DNA of 64,000 nucleotides from Azolla caroliniana (lineage: Eukaryota; Plantae; Polypodiophyta), in NCBI GenBank assembly GCA_043228905.1, contig JBHGNT010000006.1, positions 8,060,001 through 8,124,000 of the forward strand. The letters run 5' to 3'. A program made the position numbers and the translations under genes. The notes beneath the pieces were generated by a model. That model searched no databases and had not been told where the DNA came from. It was given only the letters and a program-made list of their open reading frames with translations. Within the stretch, counting starts at the first letter, position 1. Each line of letters starts with the position of its first letter. Below, one piece after another: positions 1 through 11,695 of the stretch.

Positions 1-3000
1 TTTTTTGGATTTTAGTCGATGAATTAGTAAGTTTATTGTTGAAGATTATGTATAAAGCCTGTAAATAATTTGAGGTTTTAATCAAATGTTTTTTTTAATG
101 TGTGTTGTGCAGCTATGTCATGGCTTCCTATGCTTCATTTTTATGGGATGTTGATGATAATGAAGATGATCTTTCAGCCTCTATGCCGACAAATGTCGGG
201 CCTTCAACATTACCATCAACCTTGTTTGCATCCGCATAGACAATGTTTGGGTAAATTGAATTCAATTTCTCAACAACGTTAGCTGTTTTTCTCTTCGTCA
301 TAAGTTACGACGATAGGGTTACTTTCTCTTCGTAATAAGTTGTGATACTTCTAATCCACTAGCATTACTCTCAATTTTTAGTTGGTATGATGCTAGCATG
401 GCCCTTATCCTAACCCTTATGCTAGCTAGTGTTTTATATAGAGGAGCGGTATTTTGCCAATGTAATTATTTTTATGCAAAGCAAGTTCTTTTTAATTTGA
501 TATCTGCCATTGCAATTAGTTTTAGGCAAACATTTTAATGGAGAAGTAGTTGGATTTCATTTTGTGAATGGCTTGTTTTTTAATTATCAATAGTGCTTTC
601 GTCACTCCCATGGAGTAAATATAGAAACTTGAATATTCATCTTTTTCATAAAAATAGGTGGGAATATCGGAAATATGTTGGTAACATAGATAGAATCAGA
701 AACATTTTGGTGGCATTCTATTCATAGTTGCTATAATACTTGTCAATGATCATATATATTTAAGTGTACTCATTCATTCCTCCATCCATCCATTAATTTA
801 CTTTCTCCCTCCCTCTCTAGTTTTTGTAGTCTTCATTATTTTCCATTTGCATCTTGTTTTATTTCTTGTACAAGTGCCACGCACATTTTGTATCATTGAT
901 TATCTTCTATGCCTAGTTTGGTCGATAGTAAATTGAAAAAGCTCCCGTCTCTCTCATCCTCTTTGTCTCTCTTCTCTTTCTGCCAATGTACTGTACAATC
1001 ATGCACCACAAAAAATTGTAAAAAGTTGCTATGACCTTGGACATGTATCGCACAGGGAATATCTATGTCGTTTGCACTAAATCAGACAAAGGTCAAGAAG
1101 ATTGTAGAGAAGGAAATTGGTATACCGACAAGCCTTTCATATATGACATGATTAACTTTGCTCCAATGAGTATCAAGTGAGGAAGATGTCGAGAGTCGTA
1201 CGGTTCTGTGATAGACCCCCCATTACTGTAGAGCGTTGAAGACAAAGCAAAACTAATGAGATTGCATAATTGGAACATGCCACATAGATCCATTGGTAGC
1301 CTTCGTGTGAAGAAACAGATGTGTAGAAAGCTGTTTTATTTTTGCAAATCAAAAGCTACCATTAAGATTGCTTATACATGGTTTCAAATCAATTAAGATT
1401 GCTTTATTTCAGCATTGACTCCAATCAATTAAGTCCAACTGAAAGGATCATATACCTCTTTTGGATCAAGATGCACTATCACCATTTCTAGTTCAAACAA
1501 AATCCGTCACATAATCAATTGCCATTTATACTTCGGATATACACTTATTAAGCATATGGGAGTAACACTGATAAACTGTTTTACTACAGTTGCTTTTACT
1601 CTACCAATCATTTCATATATTCCTCCCAATGGGGATGTAATCCACCATTGATAAAAGAAACCATAAAATAGTAGAAGCTTAATTAACACTATCTCACATA
1701 TCACTCGAATGCCAAACTTATAACAAATAAGCTAAAGTTCGCTTTCATTTAGTTGCTTCACATACTTCTTGACCAACTCATTAGTAAATCTGTCCCACCA
1801 AAGGCTATTTTCAACCTTTAGTTGAGAAAAAAGATAACATCACTACCACCTACCTGTTTGTAAAACCATAAGGCTCCAAGATCGCAACTATATGATGAGG
1901 GGCGTGGCCTTGTACACAACATAAGATAAAACTGCTTGTGCATGCCTAACATTCTCATGGACGTGAAAAAATGAAGCAAGAAGTCATAGAAAAGGATAGA
2001 ATACAAATGTCCATCCACTTTAAGCCTAACGACTTTATATTTAAAGGTTAAGGTTTAAACATGTAAGCATTTATGATTTTGGTGAAATCAAGCAATAGTG
2101 ATGAGGTTCTTTCCTCATTTAAGTTAGTTCCATGGTTTGAAATTAGAAGTTTTTGAAATATGAGAAGTAGGGTGAGAGATGCCAAGGAAGACATCACAAA
2201 AGAATCTCTTGTAAAAAGCTAGTAACCTATGTGCTTCTAGTAAAACAAAATGTTGTTCATAAAGACAATGTTATAATTATATTGAGAAGATTATCAAAAT
2301 GTAAATTGTAGTTTTTAGTAATTTCTCATTTCTCATTACCATAAAGAATACAATGAACATCGTTACAAATCTTACACCTTGAATAGACAAAATTCAGTGG
2401 TAATTATTATAGTACAATAATCATACACATAACACTTGGCAGACTATCAACCACAAAGTCACACAAAACCATGTGGTTGGATAGGGTCTAAATAACTATA
2501 GTTTTGCTTCTTGCCCGCCACCAAAAGTAAGCCATGGTGAGGATGTTACTGACAATGGCTTACCCTGATGTTTAACATATAAACAAGCATGGTGATTCTC
2601 GTGGTGGCCAAATATCTTTTTAATTTAATCTCTCACATGACACGAGAAACAATGATTGAAACTTGAACCAAGTCTCCATCCATGTTTCGTCCATTTAAAT
2701 GTCATGCATAATGTATGTTCATTTGCATTTTATACTACTCTTATCAATTCCCGATTGAAAGAGCTTAAAATGCATGCAATCTTTTGAATGACAAAAATCC
2801 AAATTTATGTACTTCTCTTATTCATGAATATAAATATTACTTCACTATTGTTTTCCCCTGTAAACTGAATTCCATTTTGAGTGTAGTAAGAGTGGGGTGA
2901 ATATAGAGTGGTGCAATATTCACCCGTTACCGACACAAAATTAACTGCTGGAACAAAAATACATATCAAATACACAGATGGGAAATAGATGTGATTAGGA

Positions 3001-3986
3001 CCCTCAACTTTGATTAAGCATGTGTAGGTGTGGTATGGATCAAGAAATATGGATAATAACAGTAATAAATGAGAGAAAACACCATGATTATGTAGAACAG
3101 TAACAAGATAATAAAAACCCACGTTGCTAGTTTTTCTTTCCCAAAATGCCCCAGAGTTTTGTTCACTTCAACACAGTAATTACCAAATAAATATCTCAAA
3201 GTTTTCATGCAAAACATGATCAATATATAACATGCAGCATCATTTGATAATCATGGTCACACACCAGCGACACCTCAACGACAGTCTATTTCACAAAAAA
3301 CACTCAGAAAACCATCATCAAAATTGATGAAAATTGTGTTGGAAACAGTTTTTAGGTTAATACCCCTGCATTCCCAGATTATTATCAAAACATAGAGAAT
3401 TGGAAGATTGATGAGTATACCAACCCCTCAAAACCAGAAATAACAGAATCAAGATAAGTTTATCTAGGGTATGATTCATCAAACTGGATTAGGCTGAAGT
3501 GCCTCAATTGCCATATCATATTCAAACTTACCCAGCTGTGTATTATCTTTGAGTTTCTCTTCCAGAAAAAATACCATGTAACCCTAAATTCGAAACCAAA
3601 GAACGCATTTCCTTACAGATACAATTGAGGATGCAAATATAATTCGTCATGTGCATGATATGATTGATGGCCATATGCCACACAGACAACAAATTGCGTA
3701 GTAAGTTCTTGAACTAATGGATCACTCACGCCATAGACCAATTAATATATGACAGACAAAGTCCAGAGACAACAATGAGTCATGACTAAGAATCCTTTTC
3801 CATTCGAAAACGACAAAAAAAACATTTACATGTTTCAACTCATCACGAAAATTCGGGAAATAAGCGATTCGGCTCAGTTCTACTAATGTCTGTGCACGCA
3901 TGCATCTTGTAAACTAGCTTATGCATGGGCAAAAAAATAATTTTCAGCCAAACCTTGAAAGCCTCATTTAGGTTTGTCAACAAAAT

Positions 3987-5057
3987 TTAGCCTTCAACAG
4001 GAAAATCAGAAGGCACTTCAACAGGTTCAGAGTTCATTTTATTTTCAGAAACAGATTCAGTTTTCGGCGCATTACTTAAATGGGAAAGGCACTTTTCCAA
4101 TACAAGTTGCATCCACTCATATCGACAACTATCTATCGCCTCAACAGCGGTGACCTAAAGAATTAACAGAACCATAGGTATTGAGCAATAAATGCACATT
4201 ACAAAGTTAATTATCTAACATGTTTAACCCATGTAATCACTATTCATAAATAGAATCATAGCACAGATTTCAATTTTCAAAACAAATTGTTACTTACCCA
4301 TCGCCTTTCCCGAGCATGTTTTTCAGGCCATGAATCCAATACTTCTGTGACAACTAGAGCAAACATAAATGCTCGGCATAGACCTTCTGGGCTACAATCT
4401 CCCTGTTGGCGTTTGCTTTTGAAATCCCAAAACCCCAAACAACCCTGCATATGATTATATGTTCAAGGTTTCAACTGACGTTCCAAATTATACAAGTATA
4501 TAATCAACAGGCGTAACATAAAATCAGGAAAAATGCTCGACAATATAAAAGGTTTACACATAATTAAGTACTTAATTCAGATAAGCAACACTTGCATGGC
4601 ATTTGTAAAACCTTTTCATTAACAGAAAGTATTACCCACATAGTGTTTGTGTATGTATAAAAGGCACTTCATAATGAAAATCCAACAGAATCCAAAAATA
4701 TCATGCTAAGAAAAAGAACCTTCAAATCACCACGAACACCAGCTTCTTCATAAGCTTCTCGACATGCAGCTTCCTCAGCTGTTTCATCCGTCTCCCAGCC
4801 TCCCTGTTAAAGGAACATAGGTTGTAATCATATTATAACTAAACATGGCTTATCATGCATCAATAGTTTTTCAAATACATGAACCATATTGTAAAGAAAT
4901 AAGGGTATTAAAGATGCAATCTATAGATCAGGCACCCAAGCATTCTCATTAAATTATGAAATGTAAAATAAAACCTGTAAAAGAACTTTAAACATCATAG
5001 CAAAAATAACTCTTATGAGATGAGATGTTCGCCTGCGTACATGAGTGGTGAATATAA

Positions 5058-5088
<31 letters not shown>

Positions 5089-5928
5089 TGTATGTATGCT
5101 TGTGTAAACCTGTCTGTAAGTAAATATCGAATAATATATTCATAGTCAGAGAGAGAGAGAGAGAGACTGTGTGTGTGTACCTTAGGGAAAAGGAGTCCAG
5201 GTCCACCTTGTGTTGTGATCATTAGCACTTCAATGATTTGACGAATGTCACCCTTGCCTGAGCAGTCAGACCTATATCGAAAAGGTACACACCTGCTAGG
5301 AAATTGATACAGGCACATTAATCTCTCCTCTTATATGCATGGGATCACAGACCACAAACAATGTGCTTACTCTGGTGAAATTTAATGAGGATTCTTGTTC
5401 AGCAAACAATTCAAAGAGAATACTTGTCTTGAATCAAATCTAATGAGATATTACTTGTTTATGATGCATTTTAATCAGAAACACATGTTACAGGTGATGG
5501 TTTTCAACAATCTTAATGAGAGAAATTTTTTATTCTGATTATTTGAAACAAGAAACAAATCAATTCAGGTAAGATTTAAAGAGGAAAGGCTCGATTGCAG
5601 CGAATTTTGATGAGAATATGGCTGTCTCTGGTAATATTAGATAAGAAATGCCTTGTTTCTGGTGATCTACAATGAGAAATTATTTCTCTCAAGATTCTTA
5701 ATGAGAAATTTCCTTGTTTTTGTGAATTTTAAGGAGACTGCTCGTCTTTATGTTGAGTAATGAATGAATGCAAAGACTCACGAAGATTCTCTCTTACCCT
5801 GCAACGAGTCGATATCCACGTTCATAACGCTGTTGATGGCGACCTGTTCGAGCCACCAGACTGTTCGAAACACCATTGCTTGAGGAAGCCCTAGGAATTT
5901 CACAGAAGGTGGCGACAGTCTCCTCCAT
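3987..5928 (-). CDS. Nudix hydrolase, DIPP-like plant subfamily (AtNUDX12/13/16-type), 5 exons, ~213 aa
   Basis: Exons 5928-5798, 5292-5181, 4803-4720, 4444-4298 and 4154-3987 join at GT-AG sites in one frame (642 nt). Protein has SLVARTGRHQQRYERGYRLVAGCVPFRY, LLFPKGGWETDETAEEAACREAYEEAGV (Nudix box) and WPEKHARERRW. Confidence 0.93.
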
Positions 5929-6218
5929 GATGAAGATTGCAGAAGAAAAAGTATATTTTTCTTCTTCAACCGAACCAACGACCTTTCGTGGAATGATCTA
6001 ACGCTTTCTGCTCTTCTAAAATACACAGTATGAGATTCTTTGTGAAAGGATAAGCCTAACTCTGTCTGTTTCTTTACGGATCTGAACTATCGCAACGAAA
6101 ACTAAAGGAAGAAGTATATACGCTACGGGATTTTCTCAACTTAAGAAGACGACACAGGAATCTTCGAAATCTGAATATAGTTGAGCGATCGTTTTGGTAA
6201 ATCTGATTTCAGTACCTG

Positions 6219-6356
6219 TTACGAGGAATCTGCAGGGAGAAACGACATGGGAGCTTCGGGACCTGGAGGGGAACGAGTGGACGGAGCGAGCATGATGGAG
6301 ACGGCGATGGCGATGGAGGCGGCGGCGGCGGCGATGATGATGATGATGAGGGGCAT
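6219..6356 (-). other. Candidate 45-aa upstream ORF in the Nudix 5' leader exon
   Basis: gccATG at 6356 reads MPLIIIIIAAAAASIAIAVSIMLAPSTRSPPGPEAPMSFLPADSS-TAA, followed directly by CAG|GTACTG (putative donor). That the leader is transcribed is inferred. Confidence 0.4.
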
Positions 6357-6450
6357 GGCGATGGAGGGACAGGGAACTCCGGTGTGTTTTCTCTGTCGCG
6401 GATTCGAGCCCTAACACAGGAGCTCTGGGCCAAAGAAGGAGGGGGCGTAT

Positions 6451-6530
6451 AAAACCAGAAACCAGAAACCAGAAACCAGAAACCAGGAACCAGAACCAAA
6501 ACCAGGACCACAACCACAACCACAACCAGA
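6451..6530. repeat. (AAACCAG)n / (AACCAC)n simple repeat upstream of the Nudix gene
   Basis: Directly visible heptamer and hexamer tandem units. Confidence 0.85.
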
Positions 6531-6602
6531 AAAAAAGAGAGAGTTAAAATTAAGACAAGCGAGGAGCCCTATTATTGGAACAAACTCCTTTTTTTAACTA
6601 GC

Positions 6603-6637
<35 letters not shown>

Positions 6638-6904
6638 CGTTGTGGCGATTGATAGTGCTAGAGAAGTCACGCATTCTCCGTTACCGTGAAGAGTGAGAAC
6701 TTTGCAAGTTCGCATGTCATCATATTCGTCACTTGAATTGGTGTGCAAGGTGGCATTGATTTTGTAGTCATAGTAGTATTTTAGCTCCCTAGACGGGTTC
6801 TATACTTTGTAGTTAAGTCAGTCATGGTGGTGTTTACTTTCTTTCGTAATGAAAGCCATTATTTACAATAGAGTCAAATAGAGAGAGAGAGAGAGAGAGA
6901 GAGA

Positions 6905-8270
6905 TGTCAACAAGATCAACCATGGATATCTGTGATGCAATATTTTATTGAGCATGAAGGATTGGTGCAAGGGAAAACAAAGATTCAAGCATCTTCGTGG
7001 TCATTGCTCAATGGAAGTATTCCTCTAAAGATTCGACATTCTGTATGTGGACAACATTTGGTAAGATCGTGGCATGATGCATTCTCTCTTTTTGAATGGA
7101 GACCATCAAGTGATCAAGAATATTGTAATTCATTACAAAATGAATTGCTTGTTTCTTCTCGAGTGTTGTTTTGGCATGGGAAAGAGAAGTTGAGGGTAAT
7201 GTTGGCAAAAAATTGAATAAGCACAAACTTTTCAAGAATTTGCTCTAAACTTTGGTTGCACTCAATTCAATCGTTTATTTTTATTGGGGATTGTACATTT
7301 GGAAGATGTGGTTGATAATGAATCTCAAAAGTTGTCGGATATTGGAGATGTCAAGTGATGGTTATGTATTCCCCCAAATTATGGATTTATTTGGGAGAAA
7401 TAACAAGATATACCATTGTTGCAAGGATCTTTGCCATTGAAAACAAATTTTGCACCTTGGGTGGATTGGCGGTTACAATATGGTACACGCTTGTTATAGG
7501 TCACTACAAATATATTGTATCATCATGTGATGGCATCATTATCTTGCCTATCTCCTAAAGCAGCGATGTTGTGGAATGTATGTAAGTCAGATGCAAGGTG
7601 GTAGAAAATATTACAACCTGGTTGACATTCCCAACTACCATTTCGTGTAAAGGTATTCATATGGAGAGTCATGATTAGTGGGCTCCCATTAGGTTCGGCC
7701 TTAAAGAGACGAGGACTAGGGTTTGGCACTTGTTTCTTTTGCACCGTTCCATTAGAGGATAGTACACATAGGTTCATTAAATGTCCTATAATGTGTACCA
7801 TTTGGAAGTACTTATCGAACATTTGGCAAGTTTTAACCCGTTGTTGTTTAAGACCTCAACAATGGGTTTTTTCGCAATATGTTCAAAATGGTTCAAATGA
7901 TGAGATGGAGATATTGTTCCAATTTTTACGTTACTGGGGTCAACAACACAATTGGAATATGCGTAATGCTTTCATGTTTGATAATAGACATGGGGTGAAA
8001 GCCTATATAAAGAAGCTGAAAGGTATTCTCATGTAGAATTTTTGGATGTTAGAGCATGTGGGGATCATTTCCTCAAATGCATATTCAGGTTTTTTAATAG
8101 CATTACAGGACGTCCCTCTCCCTACATAGGCATATAATAGGTAGAGGAGACTAAGAAGTGTTGTAACTAAGTGGATTTTACATAATTATAGGACATCCCT
8201 CTCCCTACATAGGCGTATGATAGGTATAGGAGACTAAGAAGTGTTGTAACTAAGTGGATTTTACATACAA
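6905..8270 (+). mobile_element. 5'-truncated, decayed L1-like LINE (zf-RVT/C-terminal region)
   Basis: Translates LPFRVKVFIWRVMISGLPLGSALKRRGLGFGTCFFCTVPLEDSTHRFIKC, with a CxxC...HxFxxC motif typical of the zinc finger downstream of plant L1 RT. Several stops are present. It starts at a (GA)n tract and ends at (CTCATT)n/(CT)n. Confidence 0.75.
8107..8266. repeat. Two-copy ~83 bp tandem duplication at the LINE 3' end
   Basis: aggac(g/a)tccctctccctacatagg...gtggattttacata occurs at 8107 and 8190. Confidence 0.9.
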
Positions 8271-8280
8271 TTAATATAAT

Positions 8281-8327
8281 TCATTCTCATTCTCATTCTC
8301 ATTCTCATTCTCTCTCTCACTCTCACT

Positions 8328-8378
<51 letters not shown>
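8281..8378. repeat. Compound microsatellite (CTCATT)n-(CT)n
   Basis: Direct reading. Confidence 0.95.
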
Positions 8379-8383
<5 letters not shown>

Positions 8384-8390
8384 GTAATTA

Positions 8391-8460
8391 GCTTACCCTA
8401 GTGGTAAGTTGTGTGTACTAGTAACACTACATCTTGGGTTTGAAACCTAATTACCTCACC
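8391..8460 (+). mobile_element. Degenerate tRNA-derived SINE-like head
   Basis: A-box-like TACCCTAGTGG and B-box-like GGTTTGAAACC at roughly tRNA spacing. A second, inverted B-box-like GGTTCAACCC lies at ~8516-8525. Confidence 0.35.
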
Positions 8461-9429
8461 TCTCTATTACTTTATAGATATCTCTTATTTTATTAGATGC
8501 CACTGTGGAATGTAGGGGTTGAACCCATGACCACCTCTCTCTCTCTCAACTGACCAACCCAACCCAACATGTGAACCTGGTGCTGCCCGGTCCGAGAAAT
8601 TGCTCATCCCACCCATTTGATTCACATGCGAAAAACTTCTTTAAGGGGGTTTTAAAGTCCTTCAATATATGTGTGTTTGCTTCTTGTTCTTTTTTTCCAA
8701 AAACAATGTGTGTTTGCCATTGCCTCCCAACTAGTTCAAACAAGGGAAACATGTTCACCCACAACAATCCAAAAGTAAGGCTATTATACTAGAGATAAAA
8801 TAAATGAAATAGTCCTCGTTCCCTAATATCTAAGGATTTCCCTTACAAACAACGAGGCTTTCCCTTGGAAAGGTCTTTCTAGGGTGGATTGAAATTCATT
8901 GAAAGGAAGTCATAGAAATGTTTACGCTCTACTTTTGTAGCACGACATCAATTAGGAAATGTGAAAAATGTTTTAAACTTTCAATTCCTAAATATATATG
9001 TAGTCATTATCATTTATACAAGTGGGAGTTAGTTAGGCAAAATATTCCATAATCCACAACGTGATGGGTAGTTAGTTCCAATTTCGTTTTACAATCATGC
9101 TCGATGGGCCTAAGAGCGGTATGCTGAAATAGATGACAAATTGATATGAACATTATGAAATGAATTATGTCAAACTTGGAATGTCCAGCTTAGAACATAT
9201 TATGATATAGTATATGAATTGCTAGAAAATAAACAATGATCTACCTAGCAACTCCAAAGGTGGTATGAAGAATGAAAATGCCCTAATTGAGGTAGGTAAT
9301 GTATTAATCAGTCCACTTCGTTAGCATAGCATGAAGGAAAAACTAATATTCTAATTACTTTGAATGTGAATCATTCGGCTATCTATTGCAACAATTATTA
9401 ATTGATCTTGAGTGGCAAGTTTTCTAGAA

Positions 9430-9700
9430 GGTTGACCAAGTCACAGATGCTTAGTTGATCTTTTCAAATGATCAACCACATTGTGAATGAGACACAGACC
9501 GTAGGGAGGTAATAGTGGGGAATATCAGACAATGGGCGAAAGCCCGATCCAGCAATATCACATGAGTGAGTGAAAAACGTTACGTGAGTGAGGAAGGGCA
9601 ATTCCGCTTGCAAAGCTCTTTCATCGAGCACATGATTATGACAAGACTCGAAGAAGAAGCGGCGGTTAACTCCGCGCAAGTAGCCACGGTAAGACGGGGT
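9430..9700 (+). pseudogene. rrn18: NUMT: decayed fragment of plant mitochondrial 18S rRNA (rrn18)
   Basis: Contains GGGGAATATCAGACAATGGGCGAAAGCCCGATCCAGCAATATC, GAAGGGCAATTCCGCTTGCAAAGCTCTTTC and TAACTCCGCGCAAGTAGCCACGGTAAGACGGGG. These are SSU rRNA motifs with plant-mitochondrial signatures as I recall them (GCCCGATCCAGCAATATC, GGTAAGACGGGG), with many C>T/G>A changes. Confidence 0.85.
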
Positions 9701-11695
9701 GTAGATTTTAAACTCGAAGACGAGGAAGTTGTGAATACAATCAAGCCCTTAAATATACAAAACAAGACCTAACAAAGGGAGCTTGCTACTTGTCTTGCAT
9801 ATATTGCTACTGAACAACATCTCAAGCTCCCCTTCAAACACATAAGGTTAGGCCACAATTAACTCATGTTCACATAATGTAGTAATCAATGATCAATTAT
9901 TGAAATGTGAATGTCATTCACTAATCGAAGAAAGAGCCTAAAAACTAATAAAATGGAATTGTTGTTGAAGAGCATATATAAACATGTAAGGGATTGCATT
10001 TCCTCTTTACGTAAGGGATCTAACTATTAGTGTTTCTAGCCACACTCTTTATGTGTTTGTACGAGCCCTTGATGCCAAAATATTATTATTTTTAATATAG
10101 TGTGAAAAGGCTCACTTATATGTATTACATATGCATGTATATTCACTTTTAAAAGTGACTAAAAGAACTTATTTTTAAAAGTGACTAAAAGAACTTAAAG
10201 GGCACAATTTTGTTAGAGGGTTGAAAATAAATTTCAAGAACTTATATTCCACTTCTTTGCCTTTTCCATTAGTAATTTTCAGTACATTAATTAAACACCA
10301 ACATTTATTAACATCAATCCTTGGTGGTTTTTGGTGGTCTTTTTTGCCTTGTTGGTTGGGTTTAATTGATTTTACTCTTGCATAGTACTCTAATCTATTT
10401 AAAGTAGAACTTTAGTGTACAAAATTTGCCCATTGAAAGTGAATTGTTTCTAGACTTGGTCTCATGGTTTTTTATCCCTCCGTAAGGGTTTTCCAAGTTA
10501 AAATTTGGTGGTGTTCTACATGAGTTTGTTGTTTTTCTTAAATACTTCGCACAAAACAAGCTTTCTTTCCTAGTAACTTGTAAAGTGCTTGTCTAAATCC
10601 TAACACCAATAAGATCCCATCACAATGCAAAATCGATAATGTTAAATAAAGTTAACTTGCATCCTACTTCAAAATAGTATGAACACCCAAAAATGCGAAG
10701 GAAATTATGATTCTTGGGCATTAAATGATGACAATTTGTTGAGCATGTTCCTTGACTAACATCACAAATCAAATCTCTTTCACATTGATGCCCCATCAAT
10801 AATTTTCACTAAAATTATTTGCCATAGAAAGATATAGATCCAATTGCCTAATTCAATTCCACTTCAAACAACATGAACGTCATCAAAACAATTTGTTGAA
10901 CATGTTCATAGGCCAATATAACCAATGAAACATCTTTCAAACATGAAGTTCCATGAATGCTTCAAGTAAACAGATATCGCTAATTTACTTTATTTACAAA
11001 ATGTGATGTGTCAAAAAAAATTGCTTGTATTCTGAGGAAAGACTACAATAAAGAGTTTATCCAGTTCGCATCAATCCATAGAAAAGACCACAACAATCTT
11101 CTTACAAAAGAGGATGTCTTTATGCATTCGGCAGATAATGAGCATTACTTCTATGGACACACCATGAAATAAAAGCTGCACATCTATTGTTATACCTTCA
11201 GTACATTTACATATTTGTGGTAAGACATTGTTATATACAAACAGATTTCACAAATATTACATGAAAGTATGTCTTCCTTGTCTCTATGAGAAGTACTAAA
11301 CCACCTATTTATAAAGAGAATATCTAAATCTTGGAGAATGTAGGGTATTACTAACAAGATGGCATTAGGTATACATACATGCCATGATATAAAAAGCTGA
11401 ACATCTATTATTATATGTGCATAGCATTACTGCTATATATATGTAATCATATAAAGGTGACCAAATGGCATTAGTTATCTGTACAATATATACGCTATTA
11501 TATACAGCAGTAAATCCTGCGTGACCTCCACGTAGATGGCATTTGCTTTGTGAGCGTATATATAATATGCCATGATATACACATCTCTAGGATATTTACA
11601 CAAATGGTATATTTACACTTGTTTAGATACTCGTATGCAAACAGTTTCACAAATTTTATATGCAAAGATATATGCCTTGCTCACTGCAAGAGATC

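Noticed and set aside
5778-6026. ORF-track 82-aa ORF overlapping Nudix exon 1
   Set aside because: Wrong frame. The conserved LVARTGRHQQRY peptide is in another frame starting at ATG 5928.
6136-6525. His/Arg-rich, Pro/Ser-rich and Met/Ala-rich ORFs
   Set aside because: Translations of GC-rich trinucleotide and heptamer repeats, with no recognisable domain.
9430-9700. Functional rRNA gene or bacterial contamination
   Set aside because: Short, mutated at universally conserved positions and embedded in AT-rich nuclear sequence, so it is treated as a NUMT.
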